A stretch of DNA of 64,000 nucleotides from an uncultured virus (IMG/VR IMGVR_UViG_3300044540_000246) (lineage: Duplodnaviria > Heunggongvirae > Uroviricota > Caudoviricetes). A program made the position numbers and the translations under genes. The notes under the pieces were generated by a model, which was given only the letters and a program-made list of their open reading frames with translations, searched no databases and was not told the origin of the DNA. The DNA lies in IMG/VR virus record IMGVR_UViG_3300044540_000246; one strand, 5' to 3'. Below, one piece after another: positions 45,448 to 55,382 of the stretch (the stretch's first letter is position 1; the number at the start of each line of letters is the position of its first letter).

Positions 45448-47976
45448 ATGACCTGGAACGAGCGTGCGACCCGGATCGCTTCCCGGCGTGCCGCCCGCAA
45501 AGCCTCCCACCATGTGGCGGCCGTCCGTGCCGCCGGCGGCGAGCTCGCGGACCTACCCAGGCGTGAGCTCAATGCTCGCGCCGCCGCCCTCCGCACCCAA
45601 CTCGCAGCCGGAACCACCGTCGACGAGCTCCTCCCGCAGCTGCTCGCCCTCGCCGCAGAAGCGTCCACTCGAACTCTGAGTCTGACCCCGTACGACGAGC
45701 AAATCCTCGCCGCGGCCCTCCTGCATGGCGGCGCCATCGCGGAGATGAAGACCGGTGAGGGGAAGACCCTCGCCGCCGGCCTCGCCGCAGCCGCGAACGC
45801 ACTCGCCGGCGTCGGAGTCCACGTCATCACCGCGAACGACTACCTCGCCGCACGCGACGCCGTCACGCTACGACCGCTGTACGATCTGCTGGGCCTCACC
45901 GTCGCCGTCCTCACCCCCGGCGAACCAGACACCGACCGGCGCGCCGCGTACACCGCCGACATCACCTACGGCACCCAGGGGCAGTTCGGCCTGGACTACC
46001 TGCGTGACCGGTGCGTCCTCCGCCTTGACCAGCGACTCCAGCGGCCACTGCACTACGCGATCGTTGACGAAGCCGACTCGGTCCTCATCGACGGAGCACG
46101 TTCCCCCTACCAGCTCACCGGACCGTCCGACCTGCCCGACATCGACTACGGCATGTACGCCGGCATTGCCGCGACTCTCGACCGAGCCCTGCACGTAGAC
46201 ATCGACGACAAGACCCAGGCTCTGACGTTCACCGAGGACGGCATCACCCATCTCGAGCAGCAGCTCAGCGTCGACAACCTCTACGACATCGACCACGCCC
46301 ACCACCTGCGGTTCCTGACCAACGCAGCGACCGCGCAGCTGCTGTTCATTCGCGACCGCGACTACCTCGCCACCGACACCGACATCATTCCGATCGACCC
46401 GTTGACCGGCCGCCCAGGCCGCGGACGTCTCGGCAGCGGCCTACACCAGGCGCTCGAAGCGAAAGAAGGCCTCCCCGTCCGGCCGGAGACTGAACCGTAC
46501 GCGTCGATGAGTCCGCAGGACTTCTTCTCCTGCTACCCGAAGCTCGCAGGCACTACCGGCACCGCACTCGGCGACGCGGACGAGTTCTCCCGCATGTACC
46601 GCCTCGACGTCGCCGCAGTCCCCACCCACCGGCCCATGATCCGCACCGACCGAACCGACCTGGTGTACGCGACCACGCGCGCGAAGTTCGCCGCCGTCCT
46701 CGACGACATCGCTACCAGGCACGCCGCCGGGCAGCCGGTCCTGGTCGGCACGACCAGCGTCGCGAAGAGCGAGTACCTATCCCGCCAGCTGACCGAGCGC
46801 GGCATCACGCACGACGTCCTCAACGCCAAGAACCACGCCCGCGAAGCCGACATCATCGCCGACGCTGGCCGGCACGGGAAGGTCACCATCGCCACGTCGA
46901 TGGCCGGCCGCGGCGTCGACATCCTCCTCGGCGGCGACCCCTCCCGCCGAGCCCGGACGATGCTCACCGAAGCAGGCCTCGACCCCGACACCCTTCCCGA
47001 CGACGCACCCGAACGGACCGGCATCGAAGTTATCGCCCGGGCCGCTTGCGCCGACGAGCGAGAGAAAGTCATCGCCGCCGGCGGCCTTTACGTCCTCGGC
47101 ACCGAAAGGCACGACGCACGCCGCATCGACGACCAGCTCCGCGGCCGAGCCGGACGGCAGGGGGACCCCGGCGAGTCCCGGTTCTACGTAGCCCTCGACG
47201 ACGACATGATGCGCGCGTTCGGCAACGCCCGCCTGCTCGCGAAGGCCCTGACGACGCTGCAGACCAGTGACGAGGCCCGCCCGCTCGAATCGCCGGCCAT
47301 CGCCCGGACCATCGCCGCAGCCCAGAATGAGATCGAAGCCGCAGCCCGCAAGTCCCGCGCGTCAATGGTCGCGTTCGACCAGGTCCTGGCCACCCAGCGC
47401 GACCTCATCTACGGCACCCGCGAGCAGCTCCTCACCGCCGACCTCGACGGCCTGCGCGACGCGTGGAAGCAGATGCTGACCCGCGCCCTGGCCGCGCACC
47501 TCAACACCGCCGACCTCGACGACGACACGCAGGTCCTCGCCGGCGCGGCAGAGCTGTACCCGTCGACCCTGACCTCGGTCCACGTCGAAGCAGCCCGCGC
47601 CGCAACCCGCCGCACCGAGCAGCGCCGAGACCTTCTCGTCGACCTGTTCATCGACGATGCCGAGCAGCTCCTCGACCAGCGCTTCGCCGCCCTGGACCTC
47701 AATGAGCACGCGCAGGCAGCATTCCTGCGCCGCGCCCTGCTGCTGGCGATCGACCGCCGCTGGCACCGCCACCTCGACGAGATGCGGCAGCTGCGCGACG
47801 GCATCAGCCTCCGGTCCTACGCGAAACGGTCCCCGATCGCGGACTACAGCCGTGAGGGGTTCGACGCGTTCGTTGCGATGACCGACACTGCCGCAGCCGA
47901 CGGAGCCGCCGCCCCGTTCCAGCTCGCTCCCGCCCAAGCTCCGGCGCCCGCCATGCCGGCCGAGGCGACCGTCTGA
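45448..47976 (+). CDS. secA: Preprotein translocase ATPase SecA (divergent)
   Basis: EMKTGEGKT, IVDEADSVLID, GLHQALEAKE, MAGRGVDI, QLRGRAGRQGDPG. Confidence 0.95.
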   Translation: MTWNERATRIASRRAARKASHHVAAVRAAGGELADLPRRELNARAAALRTQLAAGTTVDELLPQLLALAAEASTRTLSLTPYDEQILAAALLHGGAIAEMKTGEGKTLAAGLAAAANALAGVGVHVITANDYLAARDAVTLRPLYDLLGLTVAVLTPGEPDTDRRAAYTADITYGTQGQFGLDYLRDRCVLRLDQRLQRPLHYAIVDEADSVLIDGARSPYQLTGPSDLPDIDYGMYAGIAATLDRALHVDIDDKTQALTFTEDGITHLEQQLSVDNLYDIDHAHHLRFLTNAATAQLLFIRDRDYLATDTDIIPIDPLTGRPGRGRLGSGLHQALEAKEGLPVRPETEPYASMSPQDFFSCYPKLAGTTGTALGDADEFSRMYRLDVAAVPTHRPMIRTDRTDLVYATTRAKFAAVLDDIATRHAAGQPVLVGTTSVAKSEYLSRQLTERGITHDVLNAKNHAREADIIADAGRHGKVTIATSMAGRGVDILLGGDPSRRARTMLTEAGLDPDTLPDDAPERTGIEVIARAACADEREKVIAAGGLYVLGTERHDARRIDDQLRGRAGRQGDPGESRFYVALDDDMMRAFGNARLLAKALTTLQTSDEARPLESPAIARTIAAAQNEIEAAARKSRASMVAFDQVLATQRDLIYGTREQLLTADLDGLRDAWKQMLTRALAAHLNTADLDDDTQVLAGAAELYPSTLTSVHVEAARAATRRTEQRRDLLVDLFIDDAEQLLDQRFAALDLNEHAQAAFLRRALLLAIDRRWHRHLDEMRQLRDGISLRSYAKRSPIADYSREGFDAFVAMTDTAAADGAAAPFQLAPAQAPAPAMPAEATV

Positions 47977-48626
47977 TGCCAGCCGTCGACCCGACCCTCG
48001 ACACCGAGACGCGCCTGTTCGCCGCCGGAGCGAGCTGGGTCCTCGGAATTGACGAATGCGGGCGCGGCGCCATCGCCGGGCCCGCCACCGTGTCCGTCGT
48101 CGCCGTCCATCCCGACCAGGCCGCCGCACCGGACGGGATCCGCGACTCCAAGGCGCTCAGCGCTCGCAAGCGCGACGCTCTCGACCCCGCCATCCGCGCC
48201 TGGGCGCCCATCCACGGCGTCGGCCACGCCTCAGCAGCCGACGTCGACGAGCACGGCATCAGCGCCGCCCTCGCGCTCGCCGCCGTGCGCGCCATCACCC
48301 AGGCTCGCGCGCGTGCCGACCACGCCCTCGTCGACCTGACTCACGCGACAGTCTTATTGGACGGCACCCAGAACTGGCTCGCCCACGCCGACATCCCGTA
48401 CCCGATCGTGCTGCAGGAGAAAGCCGACCGGGACTGCTTGTCCGTCGCCGCGGCCAGCGTTATTGGGAAGGTTGAACGGGACCGCGATATGACGTCGCTC
48501 GCCGCCACCCACCCCGGCTACGGGTTCGAAGGCCACAAGGGGTACGGCGCCGCCGGACACTACGCAGCAATCGCTGAGCTCGGCCTACTTCCCGGCATTC
48601 ACCGGGCCACCTGGATCCGTCGCTGA
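47976..48626 (+). CDS. rnhB: Ribonuclease HII
   Basis: GIDECGRG, RDSKAL, VAAASVIGKVERD, HKGYG. Confidence 0.93.
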   Translation: MPAVDPTLDTETRLFAAGASWVLGIDECGRGAIAGPATVSVVAVHPDQAAAPDGIRDSKALSARKRDALDPAIRAWAPIHGVGHASAADVDEHGISAALALAAVRAITQARARADHALVDLTHATVLLDGTQNWLAHADIPYPIVLQEKADRDCLSVAAASVIGKVERDRDMTSLAATHPGYGFEGHKGYGAAGHYAAIAELGLLPGIHRATWIRR

Positions 48627-48649
48627 CCAACGCCGTTAGGCATGCCCGC

Positions 48650-48889
48650 ATGCCAGCTAAGCGCAATGCCAAAGGCCAGTTCACGGCCAACCCGTCCGGG
48701 GCGAAGACCACCCCGGCGGCGAACAGGCGCGCGCCCGTGGAATTCACCCCGACCGCGAACCCCGCCTACGCCGAAGGGATGCGCCAGCTGCGCTCCTCCG
48801 GCGCCGCGGGCGCACACCTCGACGGGCGTCAGCGGCGCGCTCGCACCCGTTCTGCGGCGCTCAGCCGGGCGTTGCGCGAACAGAACTGA
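48650..48889 (+). CDS. Small basic protein with N-terminal RNAKGQF peptide
   Basis: 79 aa; LRSSGAAGAH...RTRSA. Confidence 0.65.
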   Translation: MPAKRNAKGQFTANPSGAKTTPAANRRAPVEFTPTANPAYAEGMRQLRSSGAAGAHLDGRQRRARTRSAALSRALREQN

Positions 48890-48916
48890 CACCCCCCCCC
48901 GGCCGATGAGGCCGGC

Positions 48917-49252
48917 ATGAATGGCAAGCCGCCCGGGGCGGGGCAGGTGAACACCCCGCGTGGACGCCGTCTCGTGCAGCTGCATTACGAGCTCGCGACC
49001 GGACGCTGGTTCATTCGCCGGCCGTGGCTGCCTCAGGTTGTCGGCATCGTTCTCGTCGCAGCCGTCGCACTGTCCACGGCTATCTTCGTCGGCTTCGGTG
49101 CCGCGTACGACGCGCGACTGTTCATCCTCGCCGCCCTGTTTGGGACTGTTCTGCTCCCGTTGAGCGCGTACTGGCTCAAGCGCGCGATTCGGTTCCGACG
49201 CGCGATCGTCCGCGCCTACCGACGTGATGGGATCGACCTTGCCCGCCGGTGA
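48917..49252 (+). CDS. Hypothetical membrane protein
   Basis: Two TM helices. Confidence 0.65.
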   Translation: MNGKPPGAGQVNTPRGRRLVQLHYELATGRWFIRRPWLPQVVGIVLVAAVALSTAIFVGFGAAYDARLFILAALFGTVLLPLSAYWLKRAIRFRRAIVRAYRRDGIDLARR

Positions 49253-49303
49253 GTATGTGTTCCCGGCGTCGCCCCAACGGACCCCGAGGTCGATGAGTTC
49301 CCT

Positions 49304-49852
49304 ATGACCGCCTACCCATCCGCTCGCCGGTGGTCGGCGCGCGCGGTCCTTATCCTCAACGCCTCGTATGAGCCGCTGCACGTCGTCAGCGTCACCAAGA
49401 GCATTACAATGCTGCACCGCGGCGTCGCGGTAATAGAAGAAGCCGACCCGGGGCGCGCGTTCGGCCCTTACCCGACCCCGCGGGTCCTGCGCCTAACCCG
49501 CTACGTTCACGTCAAGCGCGCGCCGCTGGCATGGTCACGCGTCAGGGTCCTCGCCCGCGACGGCAGCCAGTGCGCGTACTGCGGCAACAGGGCGTCCACG
49601 GTCGACCACATCATCCCCCGCTCCCGCGGCGGGCATCCTACGTCGTACCTGAATACCGTCGCTTGCTGCGGGCGCTGCAACAACCGCAAAGGGTCGAAGA
49701 CGCCGGAAGAAGCCGGCATGCAACTGCGATACGCGCCCTACGAGCCATCTCTCGCCGACCTCTTCCAGGTGCAGCTTTCCGTCCCGGCCGGATCGGAGCG
49801 CCTGGCGCCCGAGAGTGTCACAGCGCCGTCGTTCGTCACCTGCGCCGCCTGA
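49304..49852 (+). CDS. HNH endonuclease (McrA-like)
   Basis: LILNASYEPL, RDGSQCAYC, TVDHIIPRSRGG, CCGRCNNRKG. Confidence 0.92.
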   Translation: MTAYPSARRWSARAVLILNASYEPLHVVSVTKSITMLHRGVAVIEEADPGRAFGPYPTPRVLRLTRYVHVKRAPLAWSRVRVLARDGSQCAYCGNRASTVDHIIPRSRGGHPTSYLNTVACCGRCNNRKGSKTPEEAGMQLRYAPYEPSLADLFQVQLSVPAGSERLAPESVTAPSFVTCAA

Positions 49853-49882
49853 CGCCACACCGGGAACATAGGAGACCTCAAG

Positions 49883-50575
49883 ATGCCCCTTCACCGACTC
49901 GGCGACCCTGCTGCCGCGATCGCGCCCGACCGACGGGCTGAACATCCGCGCCCAACCCCGGCTCCCGCCGAGCTCGCTCCGTGGGAGCTTCCCACTGACT
50001 CCGCCCCGCCGAAGGAGGGTAACGAGAACGGCCGCCGGCGCCGTCGGACACCCATCGAGGACATGTCCCACGATGAGCAGGTTGAGCACGCAAAGACCAT
50101 CTGCCTGAACACCCTTACGATGGTCGCCCGCACCCGCTCGCAGCTCGCAGACAAGCTTGCCGAGAAAGGCGTCCCGGACGACGTCGCCGAGGAAGCGCTC
50201 AACCGCCTCTCCGAGGTCGGCCTCATCGATGACGCCGCGTACGCGCGCACCTACGCCGCATCCAGACATTCAGGGCGCGGTCTCGCCGCCGGCGCCATCC
50301 GCCGCGAACTGTCCCGCAAAGGCGTCGACGCTGAGCTCATCGACGACGCCGTCGAAACGATCGACTCGGACGCGGAACAGAGCCGCGCCATCGAGCTCGT
50401 CCGACGCAAAGCCCCCTCGACCCGCAACCTGGAACGGCAAGTCCGCACCCGCCGGCTCGTCGGAATGCTGGCCCGGAAGGGATACAACGGATCGATCGCT
50501 TACGGCGCTGTGCGGACCGTCCTCGACGAGGAACACGGCCAGTCCGACGACTATCTCGAATCAGGGGAGGACTAA
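49883..50575 (+). CDS. recX: Regulatory protein RecX
   Basis: RTRSQL, GLIDDAAYA, IRRELSRKGV, LARKGY. Confidence 0.92.
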   Translation: MPLHRLGDPAAAIAPDRRAEHPRPTPAPAELAPWELPTDSAPPKEGNENGRRRRRTPIEDMSHDEQVEHAKTICLNTLTMVARTRSQLADKLAEKGVPDDVAEEALNRLSEVGLIDDAAYARTYAASRHSGRGLAAGAIRRELSRKGVDAELIDDAVETIDSDAEQSRAIELVRRKAPSTRNLERQVRTRRLVGMLARKGYNGSIAYGAVRTVLDEEHGQSDDYLESGED

Positions 50576-50580
50576 CAGCA

Positions 50581-50910
50581 ATGCCCAACAGGACCTACAC
50601 GCTACGATTCCCCGACAAAACCCCGCCGCTAACCCTCGACCAGCGGCAGCTCGACACCCTGCTCGACCGCGGCCAAACGCACCTGTCAGCGAACCGTGGG
50701 GCGGTGAACTCGACCCGCCTCGAAGTCGCCGACGACGGCGACGACGGCGAGAGCGTGGTGCTCGCCATCCTGACCGCGGACGATGCGGGCCCTGTCGAGC
50801 ACAGCGCCCGGTCACTGACGACCGAGGAGGGTGGCATGCTACTGTCTGCCGCGCTCCGCGCCGCCATCGCCCGGCCCATCGAGGGGGAGAACCGGTCGCC
50901 AGTGCTTTGA
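50581..50910 (+). CDS. Hypothetical protein
   Basis: 109-aa ORF with GGAGG RBS. Confidence 0.65.
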   Translation: MPNRTYTLRFPDKTPPLTLDQRQLDTLLDRGQTHLSANRGAVNSTRLEVADDGDDGESVVLAILTADDAGPVEHSARSLTTEEGGMLLSAALRAAIARPIEGENRSPVL

Positions 50911-50981
50911 CACCGGATCGGCGCACTCCTACCCTCCTTAAGACAGCCCTCATGTCCGAGCTCTGGAAGGCGCCCCCCGCG

Positions 50982-51503
50982 ATGGCACAGCGAACAGTGA
51001 CCGTGTCCGACCTATCCGGGAAGCCGGGAGCCGAGGCGGTGACCTTCGCTTTCGACGGCACCGCCTATGTCATGGAAATCACCGCGGCCGAGAAGCGCGC
51101 TTTCGCCTCCGTCCTTAAGCCCTACCTCGGCATCGCGCGCCCAGTACCAGCCGCCCGTGCCGGCGTACGGCCTCGCGGCCAGGCCCCTAAGCCCGTCGTG
51201 CAGCGCCTTGGCCGTCCCGTGCCCGCACACCTCGAAGGTGACGCGCCGGCCCCTGCCCCCACGCGAGCAACGAAGAAGACCGCCGTAAAGAAGACGCCGG
51301 CAAAGAAGACGCCGGCAAAGAAGACGCCGGCAAAGAAGTCCGCAGCCAACCGGCCCGCCCCCACCGCCGGCATTCCCGCGCCCGCCGCGACCGTCCGCGC
51401 CTGGGCCGTCAGCAAGAAGATTCCCGTGCCCGACCGGGGCCGGATCCCCGCCGACGTGATGGTGAAGTTCGAAGCAGCTCACCCGGTCCGCGCCGGCCGC
51501 TGA
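50982..51503 (+). CDS. lsr2: Lsr2-family nucleoid-associated protein with KKTPA repeat insertion
   Basis: MAQRT...FAFDGTAY N-domain; VRAWA...RGRIP AT-hook C-domain. Confidence 0.88.
   Translation: MAQRTVTVSDLSGKPGAEAVTFAFDGTAYVMEITAAEKRAFASVLKPYLGIARPVPAARAGVRPRGQAPKPVVQRLGRPVPAHLEGDAPAPAPTRATKKTAVKKTPAKKTPAKKTPAKKSAANRPAPTAGIPAPAATVRAWAVSKKIPVPDRGRIPADVMVKFEAAHPVRAGR
51288..51338 (+). repeat. 15-bp tandem repeat encoding KKTPA x3
   Basis: AAGAAGACGCCGGCA repeated three times. Confidence 0.9.
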
Positions 51504-51566
51504 CCGCGCCCCAGTACACCCTCCCTCTCTGCTGGGCGGCCACCCCGCCAGCCCGATAAGTGAGAG

Positions 51567-52607
51567 GTGCCCGAACCTGACCGCCGAGACCGACCGCCGC
51601 TGACCCGCGCGCAGGCCCTGCGCGACGTCACGTTCGACGTCGGTTGGGTGCTGGGCAACCTGGCCGCATGGACCGTCATGGGCCTGCTTGCCGGCCTGCC
51701 GGCGCTCACAGTCGAGTCCCAGCTCCGCACATTCATCGCGCTCGCAGCCGACGCCATCGCAGAGTCCAGCCTCGGCTCGTTCGACGCGACCGCCCGCGTC
51801 GGCCTATCAGTCACACTGGCGCTGACGACGATGACCCTAACCCCGCTGCTCTGGCGGGTCGTGTCGCAGCCCCTCATCCTGCGCGCCCTGCTTGCCGCGA
51901 CCGTCCAGCTCCTCGCCGTCAGCGCCGCACTCCTATTCCCGGCTCCCGGCGTCGGGTCCGTCGTCGCGCTTACCCTCGCAGGAACCGGCAGCATCGGATG
52001 GATCCTGTGGTCAAAGAAGTGGAGGGGCGCCGGCGTCGCACCCAGCCCTCTCGCGGGTGTCCTGCGACCGGAGATCCGGCCCGGCCAGATTTGGTTCGCC
52101 GTCGTCGTCGGCACCGCAACGACCAAGGTCCGACCCGTCATCGTCCTGGGCCGACCAGAAGGCTCAAGCCGGTGGACAGTGGCGTACCTGACCACCCAAG
52201 AGCCCCGCCCTCACCTCGCCGAGCACTACATCGAAGTCCCCCCGGGCGACTTGCGCGGCCTGCCGAAGGGTAACTGGGTCTCGCTACGCGACCCGCGCAC
52301 CCTACCCCGCCCAAAGTTCCGCTCCTACAACGGACTCGCGCCGGCATGGCTGTACGAAGCCGTCTGCTCGGCGGTCGGCGTCGACGCGAGCTCGGCCGCC
52401 CTAACCATCCCCGAAGCGCACGCCGGCGAGCAGGCGGGCCCGGTCGAGCGGTTCCTGCGCCGTGGGCTCATGCTCGGCAGCGCGGAGTCGCGCGACGTCC
52501 TCGCGGCGATGAACGAGAACCTCCGCGCGCTCCTTACCCAGGATGTATTCGGCGACCGGCCCGGACGGGCGACCCCGGCGCGGCGGGCCGGCCAACGCCG
52601 CCCGTAA
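51567..52607 (+). CDS. Multi-TM protein with C-terminal PemK/MazF-like domain
   Basis: About four TM helices then IRPGQIWFAVV...KVRPVIVLG...VAYLTTQ. Confidence 0.6.
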   Translation: MPEPDRRDRPPLTRAQALRDVTFDVGWVLGNLAAWTVMGLLAGLPALTVESQLRTFIALAADAIAESSLGSFDATARVGLSVTLALTTMTLTPLLWRVVSQPLILRALLAATVQLLAVSAALLFPAPGVGSVVALTLAGTGSIGWILWSKKWRGAGVAPSPLAGVLRPEIRPGQIWFAVVVGTATTKVRPVIVLGRPEGSSRWTVAYLTTQEPRPHLAEHYIEVPPGDLRGLPKGNWVSLRDPRTLPRPKFRSYNGLAPAWLYEAVCSAVGVDASSAALTIPEAHAGEQAGPVERFLRRGLMLGSAESRDVLAAMNENLRALLTQDVFGDRPGRATPARRAGQRRP

Positions 52608-52624
52608 CCCGTCCGACTCGCAGC

Positions 52625-54970
52625 TCAGGCGGCGTTCGCGACCACGACCTGCCGGCGGGCGAAGATCAGCGACGCGTCACCGTCCGCACCTACCGCGTCG
52701 ACAACTACGGATGACCCCGGCCCGTACTCCCCCGACAGGATCCGGTCAGCGAGCTGGTCCTCGAGCTCACGCTGGATAACCCGGCGCAACGGACGCGCAC
52801 CCATCACCGGGTCGTAGCCGACCGCGGCGAGGTGCAGCTTCGCCGCGGTGCTTACTTCCAGCGTGACACCACGGTCCGCGAGACGCTCAGCGAGCGAGGC
52901 CAGGAACAGATCCACGATCTCGGTGACCTGCTCCTGTGTCAGCGGGCTGAACACGACGACCTCGTCGATGCGGTTGAGGAACTCCGGACGGAACGAGACC
53001 TTTAGGTCCGCATCCACCTTCGCCCGCATCCGCTCATAGTCGGCCACGTCGTCGCCAGCAGCGGCGAAGCCGACCGGGACGCCGCGGGACAGGTCTCTCG
53101 ACCCCAGGTTCGTCGTCATGATCACGACGGTGTTCTTGAAGTCGACGACCCGGCCCGCCGAGTCCGTCAGCCGGCCCTCGTCGAAGACCTGCAGGAGCGC
53201 GTTGAACACGTCCGGGTGGGCCTTCTCGATCTCGTCGAGGAGGACGACGCTGAAAGGCCGCCGGCGGACTTTCTCCGTCAGCTGGCCTCCTTCCTCGAAG
53301 CCGACGTAGCCGGGAGGAGCGCCGAACAGCCGAGCAACGGTGTGCTTCTCCCCATACTCGCTCATGTCGACGGCAATGAGGGCGTCGTCTGACCCGAACA
53401 GCTGCTCGGCCAGCGCCTTCGCCAGCTCTGTCTTTCCGACCCCGGTCGGCCCGGCGAAGATGAATGAGCCCGTCGGACGTTTCGGGTCTTTGAGTCCGGA
53501 CCGGGACCGCCGGATCGCGCGAGCGAGCGCCGACACGGCCTGCTGCTGCCCGATCACGCGCCCGTGCAGCTCGTCCTCGAGTGCGAGCAGACGCAGCGAC
53601 TCCGCCTCGGTCATCTGCGCGACCGGGACGCCGGTCGCCTCAGCTAGGACTGCTGCGACATCGCCAGCGCCGAGCTCGACCGGGGTCCCGTCCGACGCGG
53701 CGAGCGCAGCGCGCGCGGCCGCCTCGTCAAGCAGGTCGAACGCCTTGTCGGGCAGGAAACGGTCGGAGATGTAGCGGTCGGAGAGCCGGACCGCGGCCTC
53801 GATCGCGTTGTCGGAGATCCGCAGCTCGTGGTGCTCCTCGTACGCGCGGCGCAGCCCCGAAAGGATCGCGACGGACTCTTCAACCGTCGGCGGGGCGACC
53901 TTCACTGGCTGGAAGCGCCGTTCGAGCGCGGCGTCCTTCTCGATGTACTTGCGGTACTCAGCCAGAGTCGTGGCCCCGACCGCGCGAAGCTGGCCGCGGG
54001 CGAGCAGCGGCTTGAGGATGTTCGCTGCGTCCATCTGACCCTCCTGGCCGCCGGCGCCGACGAGGGTGTGAAGCTCGTCGATGAACACGATTGCGGCAGG
54101 GTGAGTGAGCAGCTCGGCGACGACCTTCTTGAGCCGCTCCTCGAAGTCTCCGCGGAACCGGGTCCCGGCGACCATCGCAGCGAGGTCGAGCGCGAACACC
54201 TCCGCCTTCGCGAGCTTCGTCGGCACCTGTCCGGCGACGATACGCTGAGCGAGCCCTTCGACGATCGCCGTCTTCCCGACGCCGGGCTCCCCGACCAGGA
54301 CCGGGTTGTTCTTCGTCCGCCGAACCAGGGTGCGGATCACCCGGTCGAGGACGTCGTCACGGCCGATCACGGGGTCGAGCTCGCCGGCCTTCGCGCGCGC
54401 GGTCAGGTTCGTCGCGTACTGCTCAAGCATCGATTTCGTCCCCGACGGCCGCTGCTGGCGGGCGGGGCGCGCGGCTGCGGTCCGCTCCTCGGACTGGCCG
54501 GCTGGAAGGGTCTCCCCGTGAGCGGCCGCGCCGCTGCGCTCAGCGAGCACTCGAAGCGTGGCCTCCCGGACCGCGCCCGCGTCGACGCCCCACGCGGTGA
54601 GGAGCTGGCGCACTAGGCCGTCCGGGTCGCGAAGCAGCCCAAGGAGGAGGTGCTCGGTCCCGATATAGCCGTGCCCGAGGCCGAGAGCCTCACGCAGCGA
54701 AAGCTCGAGGATCTTCTTCGCCCGAGGGGTGAACGGGCGGGCATCTTCGCCGGTCGCCTCGCCGGGGCCGATCAGTTCGGCGACGGCTTCAAGCGCCGCC
54801 GTGTGCGTGATGTCGCACTGGGCGAGGGCGGCGCCGGCGACCGAGTCCGGGTCGTTCAGAAGGCCGAGGAATAGATGTTCGGTTCCGATGTATTCGTGCC
54901 CGAGCGCTCGTGCGCTCTCCTGTGCGGCGACGATGACGGACCGGGCGGAGTCAGTGAAGCGCTCGAACAA
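52625..54970 (-). CDS. clpC: Clp protease ATPase (ClpC-like N-domain, no middle coiled-coil)
   Basis: (M)[37 protein letters not shown] start after GAAAGG. Confidence 0.93.
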   Translation of the reverse strand: MFERFTDSARSVIVAAQESARALGHEYIGTEHLFLGLLNDPDSVAGAALAQCDITHTAALEAVAELIGPGEATGEDARPFTPRAKKILELSLREALGLGHGYIGTEHLLLGLLRDPDGLVRQLLTAWGVDAGAVREATLRVLAERSGAAAHGETLPAGQSEERTAAARPARQQRPSGTKSMLEQYATNLTARAKAGELDPVIGRDDVLDRVIRTLVRRTKNNPVLVGEPGVGKTAIVEGLAQRIVAGQVPTKLAKAEVFALDLAAMVAGTRFRGDFEERLKKVVAELLTHPAAIVFIDELHTLVGAGGQEGQMDAANILKPLLARGQLRAVGATTLAEYRKYIEKDAALERRFQPVKVAPPTVEESVAILSGLRRAYEEHHELRISDNAIEAAVRLSDRYISDRFLPDKAFDLLDEAAARAALAASDGTPVELGAGDVAAVLAEATGVPVAQMTEAESLRLLALEDELHGRVIGQQQAVSALARAIRRSRSGLKDPKRPTGSFIFAGPTGVGKTELAKALAEQLFGSDDALIAVDMSEYGEKHTVARLFGAPPGYVGFEEGGQLTEKVRRRPFSVVLLDEIEKAHPDVFNALLQVFDEGRLTDSAGRVVDFKNTVVIMTTNLGSRDLSRGVPVGFAAAGDDVADYERMRAKVDADLKVSFRPEFLNRIDEVVVFSPLTQEQVTEIVDLFLASLAERLADRGVTLEVSTAAKLHLAAVGYDPVMGARPLRRVIQRELEDQLADRILSGEYGPGSSVVVDAVGADGDASLIFARRQVVVANAA

Positions 54971-55121
54971 GTCGGACCAGCCTTTCGTTCCTGCGGCCAT
55001 ATGCGCAGCCGCGACGGCCCCCCTATCGGGGCCGACCCCCGTTCGACGGCGGGTCGGAAACGCCGATGCCAGCCTCGTGACAGCCCCGGATCGTGTTCAG
55101 AATCCAGCCGGTCGCGCAGCG

Positions 55122-55376
55122 ATGAGACGCTCTGTCGCCGCGGCCGTCTGGTCGTTCTTCCTGCCTCCTGTCGGGGTGGCGCTCGGAGTTCGGGCGCTCC
55201 GCGCCGCCGGTGACGGGCCGGCAAACGGACCTGTCCGCGCCGCCGCGTGGACGGCGATCGTCAACGGCGCGATCTCGTGCGTGACGTGGGCTGTCATCGC
55301 CGCCGGGGCATGGTGGGCGGTGGGCTCGGGATGGTTCCAGCGACTTGCCGACGAGCTGAGTCGGCTGTACTCCTGA
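55122..55376 (+). CDS. Small membrane protein (DUF4190-like)
   Basis: Two TM helices, LPPVGVALG..AL. Confidence 0.55.
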   Translation: MRRSVAAAVWSFFLPPVGVALGVRALRAAGDGPANGPVRAAAWTAIVNGAISCVTWAVIAAGAWWAVGSGWFQRLADELSRLYS

Positions 55377-55382
55377 CCGGGG

